From Octopus bimaculoides (Eukaryota): a stretch of DNA of 64,000 bases. This document shows positions 38,551 to 51,850 of the stretch, piece by piece (position 1 is the first letter of the stretch; the number at the start of each line of letters is the position of its first letter). The notes beneath the pieces were generated by a model, which was given only the letters and a program-made list of their open reading frames with translations, was not told the origin of the DNA and did no database searches. The translations under genes were made by a program, and so were the position numbers. The DNA lies in assembly GCF_001194135.2 (NCBI RefSeq), contig NC_068984.1:119823109-119887108 (forward strand). The letters are read 5' to 3'.

Positions 38551-39479
38551 TCCATCAGTCCAATATCCTGGATTAGTAAATTTAGCAATCCTGAAAGGAT
38601 GAAGGGTAAAGCCAGCCATATCAAGATTTGAACTTAAAGCTTTGAGATATGAACCAAATTACTTGTGTCATTTCAAGGACTCTACCAATTCGCCTTTCTT
38701 CAGTGCACTGTCTAGCATTCCTAATATATCAAAAAGGCTCAATGGAACTGTGAGAAATTGTAGCCAAATTTCCCCTAGGAATTGCTGTGAAACCCCATCT
38801 AAGAATTGTTGCTAAATTTCCCTTGATGTCAAGCCCTAATGTTTTGAAAGTAAAACCAAGAGGACATTGGACATTGTAGACCTAGATATACAAGAAGATG
38901 AGATGGTCATGGTTGGAACACCTTTGGTCTGCTCAATCACGGATGAGCTGGGACCTCAACTGATCACTTTTGCATTATATTTCACATTCAACAAAATCTG
39001 TTTTTATCATGCTTCTTCTTTTAAGCTACTGTAGATCCTTTCTTATTGCTGCTCTCTTCCATCATTATTATTATCTTCTTAAACTAGGACTAGGGCATCA
39101 TTAATTAATCAAGGTAACATCCAAAACATATTCAACAAACTTCTTTCATCATCATCATCATCATCATCATCTCATTGTTGTTGCGATCATCATCATCATC
39201 CTCGTTTGTGTCTGCTTTCAATAATAGCATGGATGTGATGGGTCATCACAATTTGAATCAGTTTTTCTTCATAGTTTTCTGACCTCAAAGGCATGGTTGG
39301 GTCCCCTGACCATGCTTAGGAAGGCAGTTATTCCAAATAAAAACTTGTCCATTTTTGTTTTTGGTATGATTTCTATGGTTAAAAGCTCTTCCTAGCATAA
39401 ACAATTTTAAAGAGTCTCTGTTAAAAGGTTGAAAGATCTTTTAAGTCATAAATTTTAGGATAACATACCCATAATAAAG

Positions 39480-39710
39480 TAGAGGCATGTGGATTAGTGG
39501 TTAGGGTGTTGGACTCATGATTATAAGATTGTGGTTTCGATTCCTGGGACTGGGCAATGTATTGTGTTCTTGTGAAAAATATTTCATGTTGCTCCACTTC
39601 ACTCAACTGACAAAAGTATTTCCTACAACAGACTGGCATCCAGTGTGTAACATATATATGCACCACAGAAACTGGGAAACCAGTTCTATGAGTCTGTATG
39701 ACTCGGGAAG
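39480..39710 (+). mobile_element. SINE family C
   Basis: attagtggttagggtgttggactc...ggtttcgattcc...gactggcatcc...cacagaaactgggaaac. Confidence 0.7.
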
Positions 39711-40479
39711 GATCTATTTTCATAATAAAGATGGTCTGTATGACTTGAATGCTGATCAAATTTCAATCTGGTCTGTTAGATTTACCTCCAAGTTAAATGC
39801 ATGGTCTGTGAGTTGTTCCAGATCATTTTGATCAAGTTTCTGTGTGCTGTTTTTAAAATTTAATTTCATATTGCAGTCCCTTTTTGGGTATTGGTCCACT
39901 AACTATAGCTTCATCTTCATAGTGTCCCATGGGTAAGTCAGTGTGGTGGTGTCCAACTGTTTCCATTTTACTGACTGCTACTCTAGATTGTAGGAAAATA
40001 GGTGAATTGGTTATGTGTGATTTTGTAAGATTACATAAAATATATGTGTATGACAGCTGCTGAATTGGCAGAGTCATTAAAATGTCAGCGGGAATGCTTT
40101 GAGGAATTTGATTCAGCCCTCTGTGCTCTGGGTTCAAATCCTGATAAAGTCAACTTTATTTTTCAATCTTTCAAGATTAGTAAATGAAGTACCTGGCCAG
40201 GGCAGTAGGATGATAAAATATTTAAGGTCACTGGACAAGTTAGTTACCTTGTAGTATCTCTTCTGGTTTTTTGAATTCTGAATTCAAATTCCATTTAGGT
40301 GCCAATGACTTTGGCTAATCACCTGACCAGAAGGAACACCCCATCCAACCTACAAAAGGCCAGTGTGGACATGTAGGCCTACAAATAACATAGATAAACC
40401 AACAGTGACACAATGTGGTTTCATCTAACAGTGGATCAAAAATTACTGTATGGAATGGAATGTGTATAATATCAGTTTC

Positions 40480-40690
40480 AAATTTTGGGATGAGGCCAGC
40501 AAATTCGGAAGAGGAAGTAAGTCAATTACATTGAACCCCAGTGCTCAACTGGTACTTATTTTATCAACCCTGAAAGGATGAAAGGCAAAATTGACCTTGG
40601 TGCAATTTGAACTCAGAACGTAAAGAAGGATGAAATGCTGCTGAACATTTTGCCTGGTGTACTACTGATTCTCCCTGCTCACCGCCTTAT
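40480..40690 (-). mobile_element. SINE family D
   Basis: gtttcaaattttgg...gaaaggatgaaaggcaaaattgacc...gctcaccgcctta. Confidence 0.85.
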
Positions 40691-40771
40691 GAAATTTGTA
40701 TAATATTAAAGATGTCACTGTAAACAGTGTATTGCAGCCTTAATTAATGAATTTACTCTATTAGTTTAAGG

Positions 40772-41286
40772 TAGTGGTGGGGAAATTTTTTAGTGTGGTG
40801 GACAAAAATTCCCAATGAAAAAGGTCCACAGGCAGACCACAAGTTCTCTTATATCAGTGTAAATCTTGTATATATCTATGAATAATTTGATATTCATTAA
40901 TAAAGATAAGTTTAACACATTTAATGTATAACATCTTCATTAACACCGTCACTGAATTTAGGACGTTTATATTACTTATGCAGTATTCTATATTTTTCAG
41001 CTAGAGTGTAGTTGGGTCTCAAGGAGATGGTGCAAACCTAGCAATATGTGTTTTATAGTGAAAACAAAATTTCCAATCAAATGGAACGATTTCTGTTCGA
41101 GTCTAACCATTTCAAGTCATAGTGGAAATGCGACCTGTATCGCAAATAGGCATATGAATATTGTATAAATTTTATAATTGAAAAATTTATTATATTTTGT
41201 ACATACAAGTATATACAAGCCTTTGGGTGCAATAGAATGTGCTCACGGGTGCAATTGCACCTGTGGGTGGGGTTTCCCCACCCCTG
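40772..41286. mobile_element. hAT-type MITE, 515 bp
   Basis: TIR TAGTGGTGGGGAAA / rc CAGGGGTGGGGAAA (12/14); 8-bp TSD gtttaagg / gtctaagg. Confidence 0.8.
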
Positions 41287-43069
41287 GTCTAAGGCTTCAT
41301 AGTTGATTGAAGAGTCATTGTATTAATATGAGGTTTCCACAATCTTGATTATGCTCCATGTTTTGTTATTAAGCTATTCTGCAAAATCTGCTTTAGTTTG
41401 TTAATTTGCAGTATACTAGAAACCAAATTATAATATTAGTTTTACTTGTTTAATGATTAGCAGCTGTATGTGATTAAAGTGTAAAACTGTTTAATCATTA
41501 AAGCTTTTAATCTATCTCATAATAAATCAAAACGTTTATCTGATCTGAGATGGATTACTTGGAAAACATTTTTTTTAACGTGTTTACTAATATTTAATAA
41601 TCTGTCTTGTTAAGTAAAACTAATATATTATAAATCGTATTTATGTAGACACAAGATAGTATTGTAAATATTTGCTTTCCTTGTTGCTCATTGTATATTG
41701 AATCAAAGAGAATTTATCAGGATGCTGTTTGTTTTACTCTACACTCTCTTTCTCTTTCACTGTTGATAACTCCATCAATATCAATTTTATGGATAAAAAT
41801 CATAGTAATAAGTTTAGTCATGTACAAAAGTAAATCAAACTACAGAAAGAAAAGACAGAGACTAGTGAAATGATGTATGGGTAATAACCTCACTTCTAAT
41901 AACAACAATACCCAGGAAATCATTGTTGAATCACAGGAAATGAAGAAGTGGTGCATATCTCCCGATTAACAATGATAAAATTAAGGTGCAAAGGTCTTCA
42001 GCTAGTTCATGCTTTTTTGTGATTTCCAACCTCTAAGCAAATAACTGTAGCTTCAATTGTTAATTTAATGGTAAGAAGCTTTTACATGACTTTATGGAAA
42101 AAACATGACCGGGCGAGCTAAATGATTTCTCAGCCTTCAGCCGTTTCAAAACCTAAATGCTTTGTCCACAAATCATTTTAAAGAGAGTCTGTGTTTGAGA
42201 CTTTCCAAACTTGAATCAAGAAGTTCTTTTGCTTATATCTATTTAAAAGCGGTCTTTCATTCTGATAAATCATTATCAGCATGCTGATTTTTGTAGAGAA
42301 GATCTATCTTATCTATAAATTGGACCTCATTAGCAGTCTGTACCTTTTCATTTCACATGTGTCAGTTGAGCAAACAATTATTTACACTTTGAAGCTATTT
42401 TATATAAATTCTGTTAGGTTTAAAACCTAACAGCTAATTGGTCTCAGCACTGTCAGTTTTATGTCTAACATCTCCAGCAACATTTGTGTTTCACTCTCAG
42501 TCTATATTTAGATGCTTTAACAAAGTGAGAAAAACCATGTTCCTAGGCATTTCCCTTCATATTCATGGCATACTAAAAGTCTCCAAACCACTTGCTAGTT
42601 TATCTGAAATTGTCTTCTACAGAAAATGCTAAGAACGCTGTCTATAGAACATTTGGGAATTCACTATTCACTACCAATTGGTACCTATTTATGAACTGGG
42701 CGAAGAGTATCTCACTGTAGCCTTCAAGAGCACGTCACAATATCTCGAGGTACAGACATAGAGACATGACCACTGTATCTCACTGAGATAGCAGTTGCTG
42801 TAAGACTTAAATCAATGTGAGTGGGGCCTCACCGAAACACTTACAAATACGACCGAGTTCAGCAACACTGCCGTTGCAGTACCCAACCAAAATTGGGTGA
42901 AGTGTACATCGCTGATATATCCACGTAGTCACTTTCAGCCATATGGACTCGGCTTTTGAGAACTGAAATATCAAAAGTAAATGGATCTCAGGCAGTTTCG
43001 ACGATGAGTAGTCCTGTGGTTCGATCGACTTTTACTAATCACTGGAACTCTTGCAAAACTACTATCAAT

Positions 43070-44050
43070 AAAAAATGCATTTGTGGATCACACAACTTGC
43101 AAGCTCTTTCAGCTACCAAATGGCTGCAGAGCCTTCTGGCTTCTTGTTAAGAGAATCTTCACCAGTTTTGTGGAATCCCTCTTCCTACCATTCCACATCT
43201 AAGAAGATTCAGTCAACTGTACACTCACTAAAAATTTTCCACATATGCAAATCAGTTTCTCTTCAATTCCACTCTATAAACTACCAACAAAACTCTCTTC
43301 CCAATTTCACCACAATATGCATTCTTGCTATATGCAAAACCTCTTCACATCATTGCAATCCACCAAAGTAACTGGTCCTGATTCTCTTTCTTTCATCACC
43401 TTCTAACAGAAGTAACATTTACACTCACTTAATTCATAATTCTGTGTCTACAAACATGCTGCACTGTGTCCCATCCAACAGAAACAACGGCCTCTCTTAT
43501 CCAGAAGACTACAGACTTATCACTCTCTCTTCCAACTTTTCAACTTAACAAATATCTATTTATCAACATGTGTCTTTCCTCTTTCTTCAGTGACCACCAG
43601 TATGGTTTCTATAGAGCTAATTATATCAGAAACTTGCTTTCATTTTCATATCATTGACTAATATCCTTTGCTCACCTTTGAGAAATTCTACAAAACCTTT
43701 GTTGTTGAACTTTGTGTCAGAAAAGCATTTGACAGTATTTGGCATGAGAACCTCTTAACTAAATTGCATGCCTTTGGCCTACATTGATCTTTTATTTCTT
43801 GTTTCAGAAGCTTTGTATCAGACCATAGTTCTTGTCACTCTATGTTCTATTGACTTTGTTGTACTCCAAGGTTTAGTAATGTCTCCCAGATGCTTCCTTC
43901 TACATATTAATGATCTACTTGATGTTGCTTCCGCCAATGCATATTCCTATATTGATACGATACCACTGTTAATTTACACAACCATCAGCACACCTTTGAC
44001 ATCCACACACACACAACCTAAACACCATGTGCTTGATATATGGTGCTTTC
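43070..44050 (+). pseudogene. Degenerate Jockey/CR1-type LINE ORF2 (RT) remnant
   Basis: PNGCRAFWLLVKRI; FSDHQYGF; RKAFDSIWHENLLTKLHAFG; V.QG.VMSP..FLLHINDL; YSYID; many stops and frameshifts. Confidence 0.7.
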
Positions 44051-44469
44051 ATGAGAAATTGAGAGTATTGAAGAACAGGCATGTGATAACCTTGTCACTT
44101 TTAACAGCACAGATGTTCAGTTACTACACATATTACTACACATATCAGGGAATCAATTTAATATCAAAAACTAGCAAAAATGCGTGAATTAACTGCAAGA
44201 CATTGTATGAAATCACATGATATTGGACATTAAATGATATTAAATGACAGCAGACATTACATGATATTGCATGATATTAGACATTATATGCTGTATGATA
44301 TTAAATATGATTTTAATGTAAATGATATTAGATGTTATATGACGTTATATGATTGGAATTTTAAGATATAACATATTAAATATTTATTTGATATAACATG
44401 ATATTAAACTTTAAATAATACTAGTACATAGTCTGTGACTCTACAGATGTTATAAATAATATTTTGTTT

Positions 44470-45150
44470 CATCAGCCCATGTTTCACTGCCATGTAGTAT
44501 GGCTGTTCGCACACGTGTCATACAGTCTGCCTTTTACTCTAAGTGAGAGACCCTTTGTCACTAGCAGAGGTAGGAGCTCTCTGAACTTTGCCCAGGCTAT
44601 TCTTATTTTAGCATCTAAACCCTCAGAGCATCCACCCCCGCTACTGACTTGGTCACCTAGGTAACGGAAGCTATCAACTACTTGTAGTTTTTCCCCCTGG
44701 CATGTGATGGAAGCTGTTTTCTGCACATTTTCAGTGTTTATTGCTCCTGAGCATCTGCCACACACAAAAACTATCTTCCCAGTTAGCCTTCATTTGATAT
44801 TGCTGCATCTCTAATGTGTCCTTAGCTTACACCGAGTACATTTTATGGAGTTTCTACCTATGCTTTCTCTACCTGAAGGGATTTGTGATTTGTTTGCCTT
44901 TGGTTTTTGTTAGATTGACTCTAAGGCCCTTCGATTCTAGGCCTTGCTTCCACACCTGAAACTTCTCCTCTAGTTCTGATAGTGATTCAGCTATTAGAGC
45001 AAGGTCATCAGCATAGAGAAGCTCTCAGGGGCATCCTATCTTGAATTCTTGAATTCCTGTTATTGCCTGGAGGACTATGATGAATAAGAGGTGGCTGAGG
45101 ACTGATCCTTAGTGGACCCCTACTCCTACCCAGAATTCTTTACTATACTC

Positions 45151-45152
<2 letters not shown>
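44470..45152 (-). mobile_element. RTE LINE RT fragment, same family as 26986
   Basis: GVH*GSVLSHLLFIIV...ELLYADDLALIAES...GLESKGLRVNLTKTK, a partial finger (VCGRCSG), then LQVVDSFRYLG; (TA)n at the 5' junction. Confidence 0.9.
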
Positions 45153-45194
<42 letters not shown>

Positions 45195-45880
45195 ATCATC
45201 ATCGTTCATCATTGTTTAATGTCAGCCTTCCATGTTAGCATGGGTGCTGCCTCTGATGCTATATAAAAAGCATCCAGTTGATGTACAACAGGAAAGAAAA
45301 CATGCTATTTCAGACATCATGCAACTGATACTTAATTTATTAACCCCGAAAGGATGAAAGGCAAAGTCGACCTTGGCGGGATTTGAACTCAGAATGTAAC
45401 GACGGGCGAAATACAGCTAAGCATTTCTTCTAGTATTTTAACGATTCTGCCAGCTCACCACCTTATAATTGTAATAAAAAATGATAATTGACTGATACTT
45501 TATCAATCCTAAGGAGTTAAAAGGTAAAGTTAAACTCGGTGTGATTTGAACTTAAAACAATAAAAGGCACCAAAACTAATACTACAATTCATTTTATCCT
45601 ATACTTGAACAACTCTGCCAGCTGACAAACACACACACATATATATCACACATAAACAAATACGCAAATATATATATATATATATATATATGCGCGCGCA
45701 TGCGTGTGTGTCTGTTTACATTTGCACTTTTTGAAAGCTGTGATGCTCTCCTTTTTCCTATTAACAAGTCTTTGAAGGCTATGCTTTAGGATATGTGTGA
45801 AATAGGATGCGAAATAAGGGTTAGCAACACCAAGGGCATCTGATTGTAAAACATTGCTTCAATAATATATTCATCAAACC

Positions 45881-46423
45881 CCATGGTTCTCAACCATTTT
45901 TTACTTATAGATCCCTTTGGTTACTATTTTTTTCTGGTGGACCCCACCACCCATTTCATATTTAAAAACTAGTTTTATACATACTTCTGTCAAAATTCTC
46001 ATTTTCCTTTTCACACATTAACTCGTGTAGGTTGAATTATGTAAAATGTCAGTAAAAGAAATCTGTTTTTTGCAATTATTTTTTTATTTATGCGCCCTTT
46101 TAAAGCCTAGGCAGGCTCATGGGCCCAGTTTCTCGGTTTCTATGGCGTGTGTGTTACCCACAAGCTGGACGGGACGCCAGTCCATCGCAGCTTTACTCAA
46201 GAAACAGGAAGAAAGAATGAGAGAAAGTTGGGGCGAAAGAGCCTCGTGGAGTTTTAGGCCCTAACCACTAGGCCATTGCGACTCCACTTGTTTCTTGCAA
46301 TAAACACATCTAAATTAAAAATTTTTCATGGACACTTAATACACTACTCTGGATCCCCAATTTACTATTTTGCTTGTGTGAACCCCCAAAATTCTCATAT
46401 GGATCCCCAGTTGAGAATTACAG
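45881..46423. mobile_element. hAT-type MITE carrying a SINE insertion
   Basis: Ends CCATGGTTCTCAA / TTGAGAATTACAG; possible TSD atcaaacc / agctaacc (6/8); homologous to 28492-28821. Confidence 0.7.
46077..46287 (-). mobile_element. C-related tRNA SINE with A-rich tail and 13-bp TSD
   Basis: TSD tgttttttgcaat (46064-46076) / tgtttcttgcaat (46289-46301); head GTGGAGTCGCAATGGCCTAGTGGTTAGGG; gcgatggactggcgtccc motif. Confidence 0.85.
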
Positions 46424-46971
46424 AGCTAACCAATGCTAGCATGGAAAAATAGACATAAAACAACCAAAATATATGGTTTCTTGGCAGCTGATAGACATAA
46501 TCTGAAAGTAGCAACAGTCATGAGTAGCAGACTGTTGCTTATAATGTTTAATGTCATAAAAACAACTATATAGTGCCTTCTATTGCTATTGTCTACAGCC
46601 AAGAGCTAAACTATTTCATTGAACCTATTTACAGATGTATGAATTTCTCTCTTACCACTTATAGGTCTTTGTCAGGAGGATTTTGCATAACAACGGAGAT
46701 AGAATGCATTTCCTAGACTGGCAGACACCATGGCACATTTTTGCTGTTGTTGTTGTTGTTGTCGTTTAGCCCTTGGCCAGTCTTAATCAAACAGACCTAT
46801 GATCAAAGGTACTCTAATCTTAGCCAGCCCATCTTTACTGACATAATGTATCTTGAGCCTCATTGTTCAATATGTCCATCATCACTTCAGCTGCTGCTGC
46901 TGCTAAGGTTGTCATAGTTGTTACCACCACCATCACCACCACTTTCATCATTGTTGTAATATCCACTTTTC

Positions 46972-47175
46972 CATGATTACATGAGTCAGATGGAATCCAA
47001 TGAGGTAGATTTTCTATGGCTGGATGCCCTTCTTGTCACCAACCTTTACCTGTTTCCAAGCAAGCTAATATTTCCTTATGGCCAGGCATGCTTGTCATGG
47101 AAGGCTGCAAATGAATGGCATCACTTGCATGATGGTGATGTTCATTTGCAACCATCATGTGATGATAAAGCCACT

Positions 47176-47240
<65 letters not shown>

Positions 47241-47345
47241 TGGGCTTCTTTTAGTTTCCATCTACCAAATCCACTCAAAAGACTTTGGTTGGTTCAAGCT
47301 ATAGTAGAACATGTTTACCCTAGGTGCCTTGCTGTGAGATTGAAC
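46972..47345 (-). mobile_element. SINE A'
   Basis: A-type head, (TC)n/(CA)n middle, tail ggctggatgcccttc / tccactttttccatg; colinear with 9903-10270. Confidence 0.65.
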
Positions 47346-47884
47346 CTATTGAGAAGCAGAAAGCAAACACACAAAAAATATGATAGAGAATGATTTGAAA
47401 GAAAGATTTGGCTACTATTTTTAGCAGGTTTAGCAACTGCGTTCAGATACTTTGGTTGGCTTGATGTTATAAGCTGTAAATTTTACATATATCCTTATAG
47501 GAAAATACATACCTACACATCTACATACACACATACACATATCTTCTTACACACACACACACACACACACATGCACACACACTCACATATGCGCACCACT
47601 TTATATTGAATTCACTTTATATTTGTTCTGTACATAATGAAGTACTTTAGAAAAGGAAAATATTGAATGACGACGCTGGTAGTGACACTGGTGGTGGTAG
47701 CAGTGGCAAAATAGTTAATAGACGCTAGAGCAATCAATATAGAAAGCACAGAATAAACAGATACGACTAATATTTCAATAAGGCTTTAAGTGTTTCAATG
47801 AGGCTTTTAGTATTTAGTATTTTAAGCATGGCGTCTTGTCATAGATTCTTGCACTTCAATATTCATATTCAATATTATTCCTAA

Positions 47885-47933
47885 TATTTGTATTTATATG
47901 AAATATGTGTATCTGTGTGTGTGTGCATATGTA

Positions 47934-47978
<45 letters not shown>

Positions 47979-47991
47979 GTCTATCTATCTG

Positions 47992-48024
<33 letters not shown>

Positions 48025-48035
48025 ATGTGTGTATG

Positions 48036-48123
<88 letters not shown>

Positions 48124-48165
48124 CGTATGTGTACATGTATGTAAATGTACTCACACACACACAGA
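47885..48165. repeat. Compound (CTAT)n/(TA)n microsatellite
   Basis: Seen directly. Confidence 0.95.
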
Positions 48166-48496
48166 AGCATAGGGGTGTGGTTAAGAAGTTTAATTCCCAA
48201 TCCCATGGTTCTGGGTTCAGTCTTACTATGTGGCACCTTGAGTAAGAGTCTTCTACTAGAGCCCTGACCCAACAAAAGCATTGTGTGTGGATTTGATAGA
48301 TGGAAACTGAAAGAGGCCTATTATGTGTACATTTTCTTTCCTCTCTCCATTGTTCTCTTTCTTCATTCCTTTCCATAGAAAAGCATCAGCTTGAAACACC
48401 AAAGACTCTTCTATTTTCCCTGAACATCAACCTAATATACCCTGTTGTTTTCTCACCTGTCTATGACTTCTGTTTTTTTGTTTTTTGTACCATATA

Positions 48497-48625
48497 TGAG
48501 GTGTAGTCAAAAAGTATCTGACCTTTGACCAAAAAAACAAGTAATATTGAAAGTCTACACCATTCTGCCAGCATTCCTGCCACTGCTGGATGCATTTCTG
48601 GAAATCACTTTTTGGGATGCTTTAA
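48497..48625 (-). mobile_element. Mariner 3' end fragment
   Basis: TA|TGAGGTGTAGTCAAAAAGT terminus; rc encodes IPKSDFQKCIQQWQECW, like mariner IP...FQ.C...W..RW. Confidence 0.55.
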
Positions 48626-49149
48626 GGCAATGCTCCAGCATGGCCGCTGTCAATTGACTGAAACAAGTAAAAGAATAAAAGAATTTGTGAACTGTAGTAT
48701 CATTGATTATATGTTTCCAGTAGGCAGGCCCTGGTTTCCTGTGTTTCAGCTGGTCAGAGTAATGAGGGATTGTTTGTGTAACTTGGGCAGAACAAATATT
48801 ACAAATATTTTTGTTTGAATGTGCTAGTTTACTAGCAGTTTTATCTTGTGCATGTATGTCTTTCGCCAATGCACACATTTTCTACTATAGCCCTAGGTTG
48901 GTTAAAGCTTTATGAGTAGATTTTGTTGGTAGAAACTGAAAGAAGCCCTTTGTGTGTATGTGTGTTGTTTTTGTTGTCCCCTTATCTTAATATAGTGTGA
49001 TAGTAGTGAATATCACTGTCATACAAGCTGTGTCATTCATTTCCAATATTCTGCAAAAACATGTCTAGCCAAAGGGAAATATTGCCTTGCTTGGAAGCAT
49101 GAAGGCCTTAGAAAATCAGTAAACCCCCATCTACCCCATATAAGCTTGA

Positions 49150-49775
49150 AAAGTTGGGGTGGTGGTGGTAGTTTCTTCTTCTTCTTCTTCTTCTTCTTCT
49201 TATTATTATTATTATTATACTTCTTTTTCTCCCCTCCTCCTCCTCCTCCACTTTTCCTCCTCCCTGTCCCCTCTTCCCCCATTTTCCTCCCCTTTCCTTC
49301 CTCCTCCCCTTTCCTTCCTCCTCCCCTTTCCTTCCTCCTCCCCTTTCCTTCCTCCTCCCCTTTCCTTCCTCCTCCCCTTTCCTTCCTCCTCCNNNNNNNN
49401 NNNNNNNNNNNNNNNNNNNNNNNNNNNNNNNNNNNNNNNNNNNNNNNNNNNNNNNNNNNNNNNNNNNNNNNNNNNNNNNNNNNNNNNNNNNNNNNNNNNN
49501 NNNNNNNNNNNNNNNNNNNNNNNNNNNNNNNNNNNNNNNNNNNNNNNNNNNNNNNNNNNNNNNNNNNNNNNNNNNNNNNNNNNNNNNNNNNNNNNNNNNN
49601 NNNNNNNNNNNNNNNNNNNNNNNNNNNNNNNNNNNNNNNNNNNNNNNNNNNNNNNNNNNNNNNNNNNNNNNNNNNNNNNNNNNNNNNNNNNNNNNNNNNN
49701 NNNNNNNNNNNNNNNNNNNNNNNNNNNNNNNNNNNNNNNNNNNNNNNNNNNNNCTCCTCCTCCTCCTCCTCCTCC
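49150..49775. repeat. (CTT)n, (TAT)n and a 17-bp polypyrimidine minisatellite (CCTCCTCCCCTTTCCTT) running into a gap
   Basis: Seen directly; the 17-aa periodicity of the spurious ORFs agrees with a 17-bp unit. Confidence 0.9.
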
Positions 49776-50586
49776 AGTTTCCTGCATGTCAAATCCCCTT
49801 ATAAGGCATTTGTTTGCCAGAGCACTGGCACCATACTGACATCATACTGAAATCATGGGGTTGCAAAGCAAACTTCTTAACGACACAGCCATGCCAACAC
49901 TGATACAAATGCTTTTATGTATCTTGGAAGGATGAAAACTAAAGTCACCTTCAGTTGGGTTCGAACTTGGAACTAAATACTGAGAAACATTTTTTTCATT
50001 GCTGTATCCTATACCCTTTAACCCCAATTCAGCTATCCAGTGCCCTTTTATACGAAAACTGTAATGATGTTCTTTTGATACCAGTTATAATTATGTCTAA
50101 AATTTAGAGTTCATAATAAATTCTGAGCATCCATTAAGTATTTCTAGTAATTAAGCTATTTCTAGTAATTAAGCAATGTGAATAGAAGTTGATCATCATT
50201 CACCAACTTTTAGATAATCACCAGAAATAAATTACTAAACTTCCTGTCCAGATGTGGAATGAAGCATGATGTTTCAGTAGTATGCACAAGTTAATTATTT
50301 TCCATTTCATGTTGTCTTTGAGAAGCAATAACTATTTGTTGTCACAGAACAAGACCTGACTAAGTTAGAGCATTCAAAGAAGTGAAATGATGCCGTAAAA
50401 GCAGCGACCAGTCAAAGACAAGACTGAATTGCGTTTGATTCTTTGTTTCCATTTTGGCTGCTTTAAAACTATTTAAATCTATTTCAATGAAATATAAGAT
50501 CATAAATTCATAATATGCTAGCCATCACTTGAATTATATAACTCTGTTAATATTAAATGTGAATTGAGTTTGGTCTTGTGTATTAA

Positions 50587-50812
50587 GCCTTTTGATATCA
50601 ACCCATCTGAAATGGTCCCCTGTTCTGCGATACAAACTCCCTATTTTAAAGGGATCTTAATTAAGAGTTTCTATCAATATTTCTTGCTAATTTATGTTCC
50701 AAGCACCAACTTAATAATGACATGGTTATTTTAATCAATTCTTTATAATTAAAAAAAAACAACAAAAAACAAGCACGCTGTGTATTTCACTAGAAACATG
50801 GTAACAAAAATC
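50587..50812. mobile_element. Possible old piggyBac-type MITE
   Basis: TTAA|GCCTTTTGATATCA at left and TGGTAACAAAAA at right; right end degraded. Confidence 0.35.
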
Positions 50813-50924
50813 TAATGGTTGAATTGAGCTAAGTTTTCTGTATTGTATATTAGCAAGTTTATTTATTCACTCATTCATTTTTACATCCATTTTTCTGAGC
50901 TAGCATGAGTTAGAAGAATATATT

Positions 50925-51140
50925 ATTGATTTCAAATTTTAGCTTGAGGCCAGCAATTTTGGGGGAGGAGGTAAGTTTCTTGCATCGACCCTGGTGATTA
51001 ACTGGTACTTATTTTATCAACCCCAAAAGGATGAAAGCTAAAATTGACTTCAGCAGAATTTAAGCTCAGAATGTAAAGATGGATGAAATGCTGCTAAGCA
51101 TTTTGCCTGGTTTGCTAATGACTCAGCCAGCTCTTCATCT
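50925..51140 (-). mobile_element. SINE family D
   Basis: Colinear with 40480-40690. Confidence 0.8.
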
Positions 51141-51418
51141 TAGATGAATATATTATTGAGCCATTGTTTTGAAGCTTGATGCCTTTCCTGTCGTTAGCTT
51201 CTACATGTTTGTCAAGTAAGGGTTATATTTCACATGTTTTCAAAGGTACAAAGCCAGCAGATGATTTATTGGCAGGGAAAATTACAATAGTTTATTGCTT
51301 TTGACACAATGAGTTTTGGAGAAGTGCATATGTAAATACACAGACAAACATATGCACACACACACACACACCCACACGTACCTACCTACCTCTCTATGTA
51401 CATATATACATATGTAGT

Positions 51419-51850
51419 AGGTGCAGGAGTGGCTGTGTGGTAAGTAGCTTGCTTACCAACTACATGGTTCTGTTTTCAGTCCCACTGCATGGCACCTTGG
51501 GCAAGTGTCTTCTACTATAGCCTCGGGCCGACCAAAGTCTTATGAGTGGATTTGGTAGACGGAAACTGAAAGAAGCCCGTCGTATATATGTATACATATA
51601 TATATATGTATGTGTGTGTATATGTTTGTGTGTGTATATGTTTGTGTGTCTGTGTTTGTCCCCGCAACATCGCTTGACAACCGATGCTGGTGTGTTTACG
51701 TCCCCATAACTTAGTGGTTTGGCAAAAGAGACCAATAGAATAAGTACTAGGCTTACAAAGAATAAGTCCTTGGGTCGATTTTCTTGACTAAAGGTGGTGC
51801 TCCAGCATGGCCGCAGTCAAATGACTGAAACAAGTAAAAGAGTAAAGAGA
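51419..51850 (+). mobile_element. SINE A, most complete copy in the window
   Basis: A-box-like TGGCTGTGTGG, degenerate B-box, CORE-like CACCTTGGGCAAGT, central TA/TG tract, tail (AAGTAAAAG)n. Confidence 0.9.

Noticed and set aside
39853-40137. Minus-strand ORF ending MGHYEDEAIVSGPIPKKGLQYEIKF
   Set aside because: No recognisable homology or splice support, and its 5' part overlaps a SINE D.
42411-42433. Palindrome CTGTTAGGTTT-A-AAACCTAACAG
   Set aside because: 11-bp arms can arise by chance in 64 kb of AT-rich DNA, and there is no other support.
44200-44460. Degenerate ATGATATTA-like periodicity
   Set aside because: Decayed low-complexity tract with no stable unit or boundaries.
51419-51500. 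tRNA-like A/B boxes (also 26411, 35040, 46260)
   Set aside because: SINE heads with no complete cloverleaf, continuing into repeat bodies; not tRNA genes.
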